A stretch of 40,570 nucleotides of DNA, from the IMG/VR virus record IMGVR_UViG_3300024283_000047, positions 1 to 40,570 of that record. One strand, 5' to 3'. Each line of letters begins with the position of its first letter. Position 1 is the stretch's first letter. Under the pieces are notes generated by a model. It ran no database searches. It was given only the letters and a program-made list of their open reading frames with translations, and was not told the DNA's origin. Of this stretch, positions 27,637 through 36,543 are shown piece by piece. A program made the translations under genes and the position numbers. The DNA comes from a virus (Duplodnaviria; Caudoviricetes).

Positions 27637-28385
27637 CATTACGACTACAAAGACCTGATCTGTACCTCAGACTTCTCGGCATGATTCACATGTTGACTGA
27701 CAAGAAGATCGCTGAAATTGTTGAGGCACAAGGGATGTATATCGACTGGGATGAGATCGCCCGAACGATGAAGGGTGACGAGTGGGAAGTCAATCCGCAG
27801 ATCATCAAGCCGCTCGACAAGCCGAAGCCTTCGCGCTTCAGTGGCCCGCTATCGACGACTCCGTTCCCGCAAGTCGCAGAATCCGAGGCGAAGCTGGCCG
27901 ACATCGACAAGGTTGCGCCGAGGGTCGAACGTGACGCTCCGTTGCCGCTGGCAAAAGTTCGCGAGGAGTTGAATGATCTGATTCGTGGTCACGCTGACGG
28001 GCGACTGATGGGCCGGAGCGCGACGAGTCGTCTCCTCGGGGTGATTGAGCAGATCGTTATGAAGTTGGAGAACGTCCCTTTATTCAATTGGACAATACCG
28101 AGTATCGCGCCGTTCCCAATGGTCACTCCTCCGAACGCGACTCCGCAAGTGTGGCCCCCGTACACGCCGTACATCGGAGACCCGCCGTTTCCGGGTAGCT
28201 CCACGATCTGTAGTTCTGGGACTGTTGAAAAGACTGCGATCTCACAGGCTGATGGTCACGTCGAGATCGACCAGTATGGGACAACGAAGGCCGATGTTGC
28301 GAAACAAGTTCGGTACGACCGTTCTATGGGAACGGGAATCACGAAGAACGTCTCGACTGTCGAAGATGACTCAATTCCTTTCTAG
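27633..28385 (+). CDS. hypothetical protein with an SSB-like C-terminal tail (EDDSIPF)
   Basis: 250-aa ORF with GGAGG RBS. Confidence 0.7.
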   Translation: MTLRLQRPDLYLRLLGMIHMLTDKKIAEIVEAQGMYIDWDEIARTMKGDEWEVNPQIIKPLDKPKPSRFSGPLSTTPFPQVAESEAKLADIDKVAPRVERDAPLPLAKVREELNDLIRGHADGRLMGRSATSRLLGVIEQIVMKLENVPLFNWTIPSIAPFPMVTPPNATPQVWPPYTPYIGDPPFPGSSTICSSGTVEKTAISQADGHVEIDQYGTTKADVAKQVRYDRSMGTGITKNVSTVEDDSIPF

Positions 28386-28395
28386 GGAGGCTGCT

Positions 28396-28608
28396 ATGGA
28401 TTTTGATTTCGATAGTTACCTGATGGTCGGGGTGACGCCGAGGATGGCGCAGCGCATCATCGACTTCATGGACTACCTCGACACCGCTGTCAACCTCGAA
28501 CCCGCAGGGCCGTCGCGCAATAAAGATTTCCACATGGCGACGGAGTGCCGGGAGATTCGTGAGGCGTTGAATGTGGGTCGGAAGAAAAGTTCAGCAGACT
28601 CTCTTTAA
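28396..28608 (+). CDS. hypothetical protein
   Basis: ATG behind GGGAGG. Confidence 0.6.
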   Translation: MDFDFDSYLMVGVTPRMAQRIIDFMDYLDTAVNLEPAGPSRNKDFHMATECREIREALNVGRKKSSADSL

Positions 28609-28885
28609 CCCGAACGACCAGCCCGAAGAGAATTGGGCTTACGTCGTCGAGAGGAGATTTCTCGTCGGCGCTGTCGGGACTAATGATGCGTTCGACGGGA
28701 CGTGTGGACACTGGTACACGGTGCCTCGACCGAATCATTTCCGTCTCGAAGCGAACGCAGTTCTTCGCGCACACGAGTTGATGACTGAGTTCAAGCGTGC
28801 GTGGGAATTGAAGTTGGTGGAATTTCGAGTCGTTCCGAAATACGTGGGCTATGTTCCACCCGCAGATGAGGTATGGATAAGCTGA
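28571..28885 (+). CDS. hypothetical protein
   Basis: GAGG RBS; overlapping ORF. Confidence 0.55.
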   Translation: MWVGRKVQQTLFNPNDQPEENWAYVVERRFLVGAVGTNDAFDGTCGHWYTVPRPNHFRLEANAVLRAHELMTEFKRAWELKLVEFRVVPKYVGYVPPADEVWIS

Positions 28886-29064
28886 TGGTCATTTACTCAA
28901 TTCAATCCCGGCTGCGTGCGCCCGATCATGGGTGGTCGTCTTGCTCCCGTCTGCGTCCTGAGACACGGGACGAAGCGGAGAAGCTGTGCGACACATTGCA
29001 CCGGGCGATGCCGATGAAAGACTTCCGAGTGGTGGAGACCTATGACGAAGATATCCCTTTCTGA
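28873..29064 (+). CDS. small protein with an SSB-like C-terminal tail (YDEDIPF)
   Basis: GAGG RBS; 63 aa. Confidence 0.6.
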   Translation: MDKLMVIYSIQSRLRAPDHGWSSCSRLRPETRDEAEKLCDTLHRAMPMKDFRVVETYDEDIPF

Positions 29065-29401
29065 AAAGCCTGAATCCCTGCGCGACTGTCTCGATGTCAT
29101 TGAGATGTTGTTGCGGAGTGAGTTCGGTCACGATCTCTGGAATGTCCTTGTCGCCCTTCGTGGGCCTGACACACGAGATCGCGGCCTGAAATACGCGACG
29201 ACGTGTGTCATCCGGCAACACGCGTTCCCCGGTAGACCGACTGAGGGTTTGTCAGTCTTCAAGGACGACTGCAAGGTTTACGCAAAGCGCCGGAGCGAGA
29301 TGTTCGAGACGCGAGAGGGCCTGAACCACTTCCGAGAGCACATAGGGGACGCGTTCGACAGTCTCGATCTCAAAATAGGAGAAGTCAATGAACAGATATG
29401 A
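29042..29401 (+). CDS. hypothetical protein
   Basis: GGAG RBS; LWNVLVALRGPD motif. Confidence 0.65.
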   Translation: MTKISLSEKPESLRDCLDVIEMLLRSEFGHDLWNVLVALRGPDTRDRGLKYATTCVIRQHAFPGRPTEGLSVFKDDCKVYAKRRSEMFETREGLNHFREHIGDAFDSLDLKIGEVNEQI

Positions 29402-29612
29402 GCGGTACGTCCACCGGGAGAGTCTGAACCGGAGCCTGAGCCGACTCGGCCAGATGCAGGCCCGGATATACCCAATGGTGATGATCGAGAATGAACTCGC
29501 CATTGCCGTCCGTCGCGCCGGGATCGTCGCTGTCGCCCGCGCACTCGTCGGACAGTGGTGGATGAACTGGAGTCTCCGGCGCTCTGCGAGGAACTCGTGG
29601 CGTGGGTTCTGA
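29388..29612 (+). CDS. hypothetical protein
   Basis: AGGAG RBS. Confidence 0.45.
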   Translation: MNRYERYVHRESLNRSLSRLGQMQARIYPMVMIENELAIAVRRAGIVAVARALVGQWWMNWSLRRSARNSWRGF

Positions 29613-29803
29613 ACGGGTATCACCCGAGAGATAAATGGGGGCCGCTTCTCGGGGACGATAAAACCTACCGCGACCCGGCCCGATGCAGCCACACGTCTCG
29701 GCGCTGGCGTGGCGGACACCACTGGGACTGTCTCGACTGCGGGCAACCCGTGCGCGACCGCGAGGAGCGAATCCAGCGTTTATTAATAGACGAAAGAGAC
29801 TGA
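29555..29803 (+). CDS. hypothetical protein with C.H / CLDC motifs
   Basis: ORF track; overlaps the previous ORF. Confidence 0.45.
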   Translation: MVDELESPALCEELVAWVLNGYHPRDKWGPLLGDDKTYRDPARCSHTSRRWRGGHHWDCLDCGQPVRDREERIQRLLIDERD

Positions 29804-29805
29804 GC

Positions 29806-30255
29806 ATGTCCACGACAGTGACCCCCAACCTGATCCAGCCCGACCAGCGGACAGGAGTGCGGCGCTGTCTTCGCTGTAACACACTGTACGCCGCTGCCGC
29901 CGCGATGCCGTCGCCGTGGGAGTGTCCGCAGTGTCACAGCATCGACACCATCCCCGTCGAGCCTGCCTCACCACCGTCCCAAGGCACTCTGTTCGTCGTA
30001 CCGCCGCCGCCACGCCCGAACGCGTGGATAGTTGAGTGGCGCTGGAAGCCCGAGGCGAAGGTAAGGCATCGGTGGTGCCGCCCGCCCGCAGATTACATGA
30101 CCAGCCCCGGAATTATCTGGCAGAGACTCGACAGTTACAACATAACACGGCTGACGACCGGACTCCAGATCGCGGCCCGCAAGAGACGATACGAACCGTG
30201 GAAGTCTTTTCGCGTCCGCCCGGTCAACTGGGAGCCTGTCCCGCTACTTCCCTGA
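29806..30255 (+). CDS. Zn-ribbon hypothetical protein
   Basis: CLRC..CPQC; last gene before the non-coding region. Confidence 0.55.
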   Translation: MSTTVTPNLIQPDQRTGVRRCLRCNTLYAAAAAMPSPWECPQCHSIDTIPVEPASPPSQGTLFVVPPPPRPNAWIVEWRWKPEAKVRHRWCRPPADYMTSPGIIWQRLDSYNITRLTTGLQIAARKRRYEPWKSFRVRPVNWEPVPLLP

Positions 30256-30383
30256 GCCTACTGCCAAAATTTCCAGAAATTGTATCCCGCCCTCCCACTG
30301 GCCCTGAGCCGCTGGGAGGGTATTTTATTTTGTATCGCAGGAGAGCGGGAGGTTTGGAGTCCCACAGGGGAGGTAGCTCTTGG

Positions 30384-31391
30384 GCGAACCTATGGATTTT
30401 CATAGATTTCCAGAAAATATATGTTCCCGCATAAGCGAAGACAGGGCGAAGGAGTCCCAGAGACCACAGAGGGTTGGCTAGGCCCCGCTTGGCCGCAGCC
30501 GCGACACCCGGCTGGGGTGACCGCACCCGGCCTCCGACCTTAAGTACCGACCCCCTGTATCCCCTTGATTCGCAACGTCTTATACCCCTGATCCCATAAT
30601 CCATATTTCATCGCTCGACCGTGTGTAAGCGTCAATTCTACAGCATGATACGCGTCTATGATAAAATGTAGAATGTAGTTCGCGTAAGTCTAATGCAATC
30701 AGTCGCTTGCCCTGTGTTACAGTACGTCATATTGTAACAGCGGTCGAGTGACACAGTTTGTCAGTTTCGCTTTTCATTCGATGAGCGTGCAGCCTAGCCA
30801 ATTCTACTCACGAACAGACGGCGAAAGCCTGCCCATGCCTATGATCCATCATAAGCGAACGCAAAGCGAATGCACTGTCAACACCTCACTCTATGAGTTT
30901 ACATATATACGACAGAATGACTCACGGCGAACACACAGCGAAGCGTCAACGTAAGGTCTCGCTTCTCTCTTTCGCTTTATCTTCTACAACGCCTGCCAGT
31001 GGTGGCATCACACCAGCGAACAGACAGCGAAACACCCAGCCTGCCCCTTACGCCTTCCCTTCGTCTCTCACGCTTCTTACCCTTGGGCCGGGTTCGCCTG
31101 ACTTTCGCCCTGAGCGATTGGGGCCGATCTATCGCTCGTTACACAATACAGCGTTTGTTCGCCTTTTGTACGCGTCATTATGTGGTTAATAGTTTCAATC
31201 AATGTTTACTCATGTGATACGGACATGCAAGCGGACATGGGGCGAACATAAGGCGAACAGATGTCATGTTCTGTCGCAGATAAACTTTCGCCTCTTGTTC
31301 GCTGTTCGCGAATCGAGAACGCGTGTTCACATAATGAGAACGTTCACGCGGCGTGAACAGCGAGACATTCTGAACAAGCGGCAGAGTTCGC
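30384..31391. repeat. array of GCGAA/TTCGC half-sites arranged as 11-bp-period direct repeats (LexA-box-like)
   Basis: About 24 pentamers counted by eye in ~1 kb; exact pairs 11 bp apart at 30435/30446, 30855/30866, 30927/30938, 31016/31027, 31093/31104, 31242/31253, 31287/31298. Confidence 0.8.
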
Positions 31392-31446
31392 CCGGTCTCT
31401 GTCAATGGCCCGATAGTGTTAGTCCTTTGGTAATGTATAAATACAC

Positions 31447-31475
31447 TTGACATGGTGGGCCGCATATAAGAGAAT
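31447..31475 (+). promoter_or_regulatory. sigma70-like promoter of the early-type region
   Basis: TTGACA-N17-GAGAAT with an AT-rich upstream element. Confidence 0.5.
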
Positions 31476-31509
31476 GTGGAGAGTCGCAACCAGCGACAGG
31501 GGCAACACA

Positions 31510-31857
31510 ATGGCAGCAGGCTTAAGCAGACGAGACAGGACGCGGCGGGCATACAATCACCTGAAGGCGTTGCAGCGCGATCTATCCCGCGCTGGCGTCA
31601 GCACTGAATACAAGGGCGCGACTGCCCGGACGCGTGGTCATCTGGTCTCTTTCAATCAGCCGGAGCACATTGACGGCGGGTTTAACATCAGCGTCGAATG
31701 GTCTAGCGCGTCCAACGGCGAAACGTTTGGGACGCTGCGACTGTACGTCGTCCTGCGTGGCGAGTCGAAGGTTTACGCAGGCTGGGGATACAACGCCGCT
31801 GGTTCATTCAGCGACGGGCTGGAGATTATCAAACGCGAATTTAAGGGGGCATTGTAA
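31510..31857 (+). CDS. hypothetical early-type protein
   Basis: ATG MAAGLSRR behind AGGGG. Confidence 0.65.
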   Translation: MAAGLSRRDRTRRAYNHLKALQRDLSRAGVSTEYKGATARTRGHLVSFNQPEHIDGGFNISVEWSSASNGETFGTLRLYVVLRGESKVYAGWGYNAAGSFSDGLEIIKREFKGAL

Positions 31858-32030
31858 TGCGAAGCTGGCAACGAGAACACGTCGCTCACCTGAACAGGGT
31901 AGCCAACGATCCATGCACCTGTGAGAATAACGGCGACCTATGCCCGCGCTGTGATGCGCGAGACGAACTCAAACGATTGACAGACGCGATCCGCGCCCGG
32001 TTGGATGCGGACTCTGGGAGGACAGCATGA
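31857..32030 (+). CDS. small Cys-containing protein (MRSWQREH..CTC..CPRC)
   Basis: Read manually; TAATG and ATGA overlaps. Confidence 0.55.
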   Translation: MRSWQREHVAHLNRVANDPCTCENNGDLCPRCDARDELKRLTDAIRARLDADSGRTA

Positions 32031-32275
32031 AGAACTTGATTGATCTTGTCGATGGTGTGTTGGCCGAATCTCGATTCCGCGCTGCACAGGTGAAGCGTGA
32101 CAACGGCGCATGGGTTCCTGCGTGTGGCGGCACTGAGACACCGTTCTACACAAGGACAGGCCGACGATTGCTCTATTGCTGGCAGCAGTCGAGTGGCAGG
32201 CACGCGTACATTGATCTGGGCACAGATATCGCGTTATCCGATGAGGAAGCGCGGGCTGCACTGGGCACGTATTAG
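32027..32275 (+). CDS. hypothetical phage protein
   Basis: GGAGG RBS; WVPACGGTETPF..LLYCW motif. Confidence 0.7.
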   Translation: MKNLIDLVDGVLAESRFRAAQVKRDNGAWVPACGGTETPFYTRTGRRLLYCWQQSSGRHAYIDLGTDIALSDEEARAALGTY

Positions 32276-32289
32276 AAAGGGGTGAGACC

Positions 32290-32373
32290 GTGGAAACGAC
32301 ACTCGACATCGCAGGAGTTGTTGCAATCATCCTGTTAGTGGTATCATTCATTCGTATTGATCGGAGGGGCTGA
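32290..32373 (+). CDS. 27-aa single-TM peptide
   Basis: GTG start with AAGGGGTG RBS; METTLDIAGVVAIILLVVSFIRIDRRG. Confidence 0.5.
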   Translation: METTLDIAGVVAIILLVVSFIRIDRRG

Positions 32374-32374
32374 C

Positions 32375-32464
32375 GTGTTCTTACATCTCTGGCACGCACT
32401 GAATTATGCTCTGTTGGCGCTGGGGCTGATCCACGCTGCATTCAGGCTGGTGTCCCATGACTAA
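32375..32464 (+). CDS. 29-aa hydrophobic peptide
   Basis: GTG behind GGAGG; MFLHLWHALNYALLALGLIHAAFRLVSHD. Confidence 0.45.
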   Translation: MFLHLWHALNYALLALGLIHAAFRLVSHD

Positions 32465-32906
32465 TCTCGCACAACTGATTGACGAGTTCGCGAAAGAGAA
32501 TGCACACCTTGCACACGGCGACCGTGCGTGGGCGCAATGTGATGCATCGACTTGGAAGTTCATCTCGTTTGCTAAAGCACGCGGGTACGACGGCGAGTTA
32601 AAATCGTACGAGTTCTATGCTGATTACGCGGACGAGATTCGCTATCAGAAGGACGAGACCGAGAGCAATCAGACGAATCCTGATCCTGCTGTATACATCG
32701 TCTATGATGAGCACCGCAATGTTCTGAAGAATGACGCGGGCATCCAGATGTGTACGTGGCACTGCATCGTGGATGCGGGACATATCCTGATCGACTTCAC
32801 GGCGCGGCAGTATCGTCAGCATTACGCGTTTCCACACATCATCGCAATAGAGGACAAGCTGATGACCACACGCAACCGTGCGATGGCTGCTGGGGTGGGC
32901 TTGTGA
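32457..32906 (+). CDS. hypothetical protein, possible transglutaminase/papain-like fold
   Basis: AQCD..WHC..IDFTARQY (candidate Cys-His-Asp triad). Confidence 0.6.
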   Translation: MTNLAQLIDEFAKENAHLAHGDRAWAQCDASTWKFISFAKARGYDGELKSYEFYADYADEIRYQKDETESNQTNPDPAVYIVYDEHRNVLKNDAGIQMCTWHCIVDAGHILIDFTARQYRQHYAFPHIIAIEDKLMTTRNRAMAAGVGL

Positions 32907-33256
32907 TGATCGAAGAGAATGACATACACATTCACGAGTCGTCGCTCGAAGGAAAACCGTGCTGCTATTGCGGCACTGCGATGACCCGGCGCGGAAAGCC
33001 CAAACAAAAGAACTACGCAACGAAAGATCACATCATCCCGGTGAGCGATGGCGGACGCGGGCGCAAGACTGTCCGCTGCTGCCGTGCGTGCAACGAAGAC
33101 AAGGCGCATTTATCGCTGGCCGAGTATCGCGCAGTCATGCGTGTCCGCACTGGCAGGCCGTGGTTTCTGTTTTATTTTGAGCGGCTGGCGCTGCGAGTTC
33201 TGTGCCTGCAAGCTGCGGAGTATGCCCGAAGATGGCTTGCAAGTCTAGGATTCTAA
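32906..33256 (+). CDS. HNH endonuclease
   Basis: CCYCG, TKDHIIPVSDGG, CCRACNEDK. Confidence 0.85.
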   Translation: MIEENDIHIHESSLEGKPCCYCGTAMTRRGKPKQKNYATKDHIIPVSDGGRGRKTVRCCRACNEDKAHLSLAEYRAVMRVRTGRPWFLFYFERLALRVLCLQAAEYARRWLASLGF

Positions 33257-33270
33257 AGGAAATAGAGTTG

Positions 33271-33298
33271 TTGACACCTGACGCGCATCTGGTAAGAT
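33271..33298 (+). promoter_or_regulatory. sigma70-like promoter
   Basis: TTGACA-N16-TAAGAT with extended TG. Confidence 0.6.
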
Positions 33299-33309
33299 TG
33301 ATCTTGTTA

Positions 33310-33714
33310 CACGGTTCATTGACAACATAAGCGATGGCCCACAGGGGAGAGGCAAAAGCAAAAGCCCCTGAGACTAGCCGGAGCGGAATATAAGTCGTGA
33401 GCGGGTGACCTGACCCACACGCAGTATGGTAAGCGCGAAGCAGCCCAGTCAGCAGTAGCGTAGCGGCGAATCAAGCAAGAGCGCCTAACCCAGCCGGAAC
33501 CAATCCGGGCGAGTCTACAAGACCAAGCTGCGCTGTGCAAGGGCTGAATCCCGAAACGCTGGCGAACATCCTGACCGCCAATCGGCACTGTCAACACGGT
33601 GCTGAGTAGAAAACGACAGCAGATTCAAAAACGTGTACTGCTCATAATCACTTCACAATCTGAGAACAGCGTTCGCAGGGTCGTGAATGTGGGCAGTGCG
33701 AGTCAGTTGAATCT
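33310..33714 (+). ncRNA. ~400-nt structured leader RNA with a boxA-like element
   Basis: No credible ORF; GTTCATTGACAAC at 33314; several hairpins including 33621-33714. Confidence 0.5.
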
Positions 33715-33725
33715 ACGGAGGCATC

Positions 33726-33872
33726 ATGTACAACCCGACTGAGTTCATCGAATGCGAACACTGCAAAGAAGTGTTCGATCACGACAGCGAATCACCTTAC
33801 AAGATTAACTGCCCATACTGCGAAGGCGAAATCACTGACGCTTCGCGCAACGTTGAACCGACCGAACTCTAA
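33726..33872 (+). CDS. 48-aa Zn-ribbon protein
   Basis: Read manually; GGAGG RBS; CEHC..CPYC. Confidence 0.65.
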   Translation: MYNPTEFIECEHCKEVFDHDSESPYKINCPYCEGEITDASRNVEPTEL

Positions 33873-33886
33873 TACAGGAGACGACA

Positions 33887-34120
33887 ATGGCTGGACGATA
33901 CGCAGAAACGCACCCGACCGCAGCGCCCGACTTTTTCTTACAGAATGAGGGCAGCATCTTCTTACTCATTCCGCAGACTGCTGGCGCACAGCAGTGGATT
34001 GACGAGAACCTGCCCGATGGCACGCTGACCTTTGGCAACGGATACGTTGTCGAGCACGGTTACATCATGCCAATCGTGGACGGCATCCGGGGCGACGGTT
34101 ACACAGTCGCTGGTCGCTAA
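33887..34120 (+). CDS. hypothetical phage protein
   Basis: AGGAG RBS; NEGSIFLL..AQQWIDENL. Confidence 0.7.
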   Translation: MAGRYAETHPTAAPDFFLQNEGSIFLLIPQTAGAQQWIDENLPDGTLTFGNGYVVEHGYIMPIVDGIRGDGYTVAGR

Positions 34121-34193
34121 TGAAACGCCCCAAGACAATCACGCTGGACTTCAAACTGATACGGCGCACAATCGCGTCGTGGGAGAAAATAAA

Positions 34194-34538
34194 ATGTTCA
34201 ACGATATCAATGAAGACGACTTCTACCGCTTCCAAGACAACCTTGACCCACAGGCGCAGCAGGGCGCGATAATCAAACAGCGCCTTGCGAAGCTGCGTGG
34301 TGAGCAAGTATTCAGCGCCGATCACGATGAAGAGATGAATCCGGGCGTCCGCGTGACGCACACTGATACCGTCTCGACTGGCGCTGGTGACTCGCTCGAA
34401 CAAGACAACTGCATTCACTGCCACGCGACGTACGGACACAAAATATCGTGCCCAACAATCAATCGTGAGGCGGCTGAAGAGTTGAGCAAGATTGACAATT
34501 TCTTCCTCCGGTCGCTGCGGATAGCGACTGACAACTAG
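34194..34538 (+). CDS. hypothetical protein
   Basis: ATG MFNDINE behind GGGAG; CIHC..H..C. Confidence 0.6.
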   Translation: MFNDINEDDFYRFQDNLDPQAQQGAIIKQRLAKLRGEQVFSADHDEEMNPGVRVTHTDTVSTGAGDSLEQDNCIHCHATYGHKISCPTINREAAEELSKIDNFFLRSLRIATDN

Positions 34539-34789
34539 CATCCATAGCAGACGCAAGTAAGCCGACGCTGGCCGAGTAATCCGTTAGACCAGAGCAACGT
34601 CGTGGCATCGGGATTCCGATGGATGCTGTAACAAGGCACGCGTGTCGTGCCTCATGCTGAAACCTTAAGCGGGATCGTTGGGGACTCGCAGGCCGCTCGA
34701 AGCACCCTTACGGGGCGCGGCTGATGGAAGCAGGATCGTAGCCTGCCAGCGTGAGAGACGACACACGTCTAATTCAACAGGAGACCAAA

Positions 34790-36346
34790 ATGAAATCCTT
34801 TCTTGAACTGTTCACCGCTGCACGCGAAGTCAGCACGCCTCTCGTTGCGATTCGCACCTTCGACCCGTCATCCACTATTCAGTCGATCACGGCGTCACTG
34901 GGCACCAAGCTGGCTGAATTGATTCCGCTGGTATCGTGGGACTCGATTCACGGGCTGAAGGGCCTGAATGACTCAGGCGTCACGGCACTGAATACGATGG
35001 CGACTGATTCCGAGATGGTTCTTGGATCATCGGTCGATCTGCCAATCGCGCTGGGCATCCTTGAGTTCGCTGGTGAGGATGTCATCGCATTCATCCACAA
35101 TCCGCATCTGGTGTGGGACGCGGACAAGAAAGTCATTCAGGCCACATGGAACCTTCGCAATGATTACAAGGCGAATGGCAACATGCTCATCAGCCTGATT
35201 GGCATTGGCGTCGAACTGCCTGCTGAGTTGCAGCAGGACACGCTGATCCTTGAAGACCCGCTCCCGACTCGTGAAGAGTTGGCGAAGGTCGTCACCGACA
35301 CATTCGGCAACGCCGCTGCTGGCAAGAAAGAGTACGCAGCTTGCAAGAACGGCGCGACTCCGAAAGTTGTCAAGGATGCGGTTGACGCTCTTATAGGTCT
35401 GCCGCTCTTTCCTGCTGACCAAGCGACTGCGATGTCCCTTGATAAAGTCAAAGGCTATCTCAGCATCGAAGACCTGTGGACTCGCAAGCGTGACATTGTG
35501 TCGGCTAATCCCGGCATCACCTATCACGCTGGCAAAGAGACGCTCAAAGATATGTACGGCGTCGATTCTGTCCGCCAATTCGGTATCAAGTTCATGAACG
35601 GCAAATTCAGCCCGACGTTGATTCTGCGTCAGGATGAAATTGAGAAACAGTTCGCAGGCAACGGCACCGACAGCAGCGGCACCAAGGGCAACTTACTTGG
35701 CGAGTGGCTGACGTGGGTGAACGACCGACGCATCATCTGCTCACTCTTTCTGGGTGTGCCGGGATCGTCGAAGAGTCACGCTGCTTACTGTCTCGGCGGC
35801 GAGTATGGCCGTCCCGTCATCAACTACAGCATCCCCGGAATGGAGCATGAACACGTTGGCGTCTCCGCGAAACACCAGCGGACTGCCCACAAAGTTCTGG
35901 ATGCTATCAGCGATGGACGCATCTGGTTGATCGCGACTGCGAACAGCCTGAACGGTCTGCCGCCCGAGTTGATTTCACGTTTCCAAGTTGGCGGCATTTT
36001 CTTCTTCGATGCTCCAGACGACGAAGAGAAGTTGGGCATCTTGAAGTTGAAGATCGCCCAGTACAAGCTGGACAACTCGCAAGAGTTGCCCGACATGACC
36101 AACTGGACTGGCCGCGACATAGACAACTGCGCTCGTAAGTCTGATGCGCTGGGAATCAGTCTCGTCGAAGCCAGCGAGTACATCGTGCCTTTGCTCACGA
36201 GTCACAAAGAGCAGATGCAAACACTCCGAGAGAATGCGAACGACCGCTACCTCTCGGCCAGCAAGCCGGGTGTGTACAAATACACTCCCGCTGCGGTGCG
36301 ACCGACAGTCAAGATCGTCGATCCCTCCGCACGAAAGATGCGTTAA
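34790..36346 (+). CDS. Ycf46-like AAA+ ATPase with rearranged motif order
   Basis: Degenerate N-terminal AAA domain (WD..GL, LPAEL..LP); DEIEK, GVPGSSKS, IATAN..LPPEL..RF..IFFFD, WTGRDI; start MKSFLEL behind AGGAG. Confidence 0.85.
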   Translation: MKSFLELFTAAREVSTPLVAIRTFDPSSTIQSITASLGTKLAELIPLVSWDSIHGLKGLNDSGVTALNTMATDSEMVLGSSVDLPIALGILEFAGEDVIAFIHNPHLVWDADKKVIQATWNLRNDYKANGNMLISLIGIGVELPAELQQDTLILEDPLPTREELAKVVTDTFGNAAAGKKEYAACKNGATPKVVKDAVDALIGLPLFPADQATAMSLDKVKGYLSIEDLWTRKRDIVSANPGITYHAGKETLKDMYGVDSVRQFGIKFMNGKFSPTLILRQDEIEKQFAGNGTDSSGTKGNLLGEWLTWVNDRRIICSLFLGVPGSSKSHAAYCLGGEYGRPVINYSIPGMEHEHVGVSAKHQRTAHKVLDAISDGRIWLIATANSLNGLPPELISRFQVGGIFFFDAPDDEEKLGILKLKIAQYKLDNSQELPDMTNWTGRDIDNCARKSDALGISLVEASEYIVPLLTSHKEQMQTLRENANDRYLSASKPGVYKYTPAAVRPTVKIVDPSARKMR

Positions 36347-36543
36347 GATGTAGGGCGCGAGATGGTGTCGCGCCTGCCTTATTCGATTGGTTCAACCCGG
36401 ACGCGGGGCAGGGGATGAAGCGAATGCAGAGCGACGTGAAAGCGACTCGTAGCGACTGCTGGCCGAAAGCCTAGCACCTGTGAACTGGCGAATGAGGCAG
36501 GGACGGCACCACCGTTCAAATCTGCAACACTGGAGACACTAAC

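Noticed and set aside
31317-31328. Gram-positive-type LexA box GAAC-N4-GTTC
   Set aside because: Single occurrence in a region saturated with GAAC/GTTC half-sites; likely incidental
30384-31391. CRISPR array
   Set aside because: Repeats are 5-6-bp half-sites in both orientations with irregular spacing, not 25-45-bp repeats with spacers; no cas genes
30224-31552. ORFs across the repeat-rich region
   Set aside because: No RBS, atypical composition; better explained as non-coding binding-site DNA
34655-34750. Hammerhead ribozyme (CTGATG and GAAAC present)
   Set aside because: The core is CTGATGG rather than CTGANGA, and I could not build the three stems
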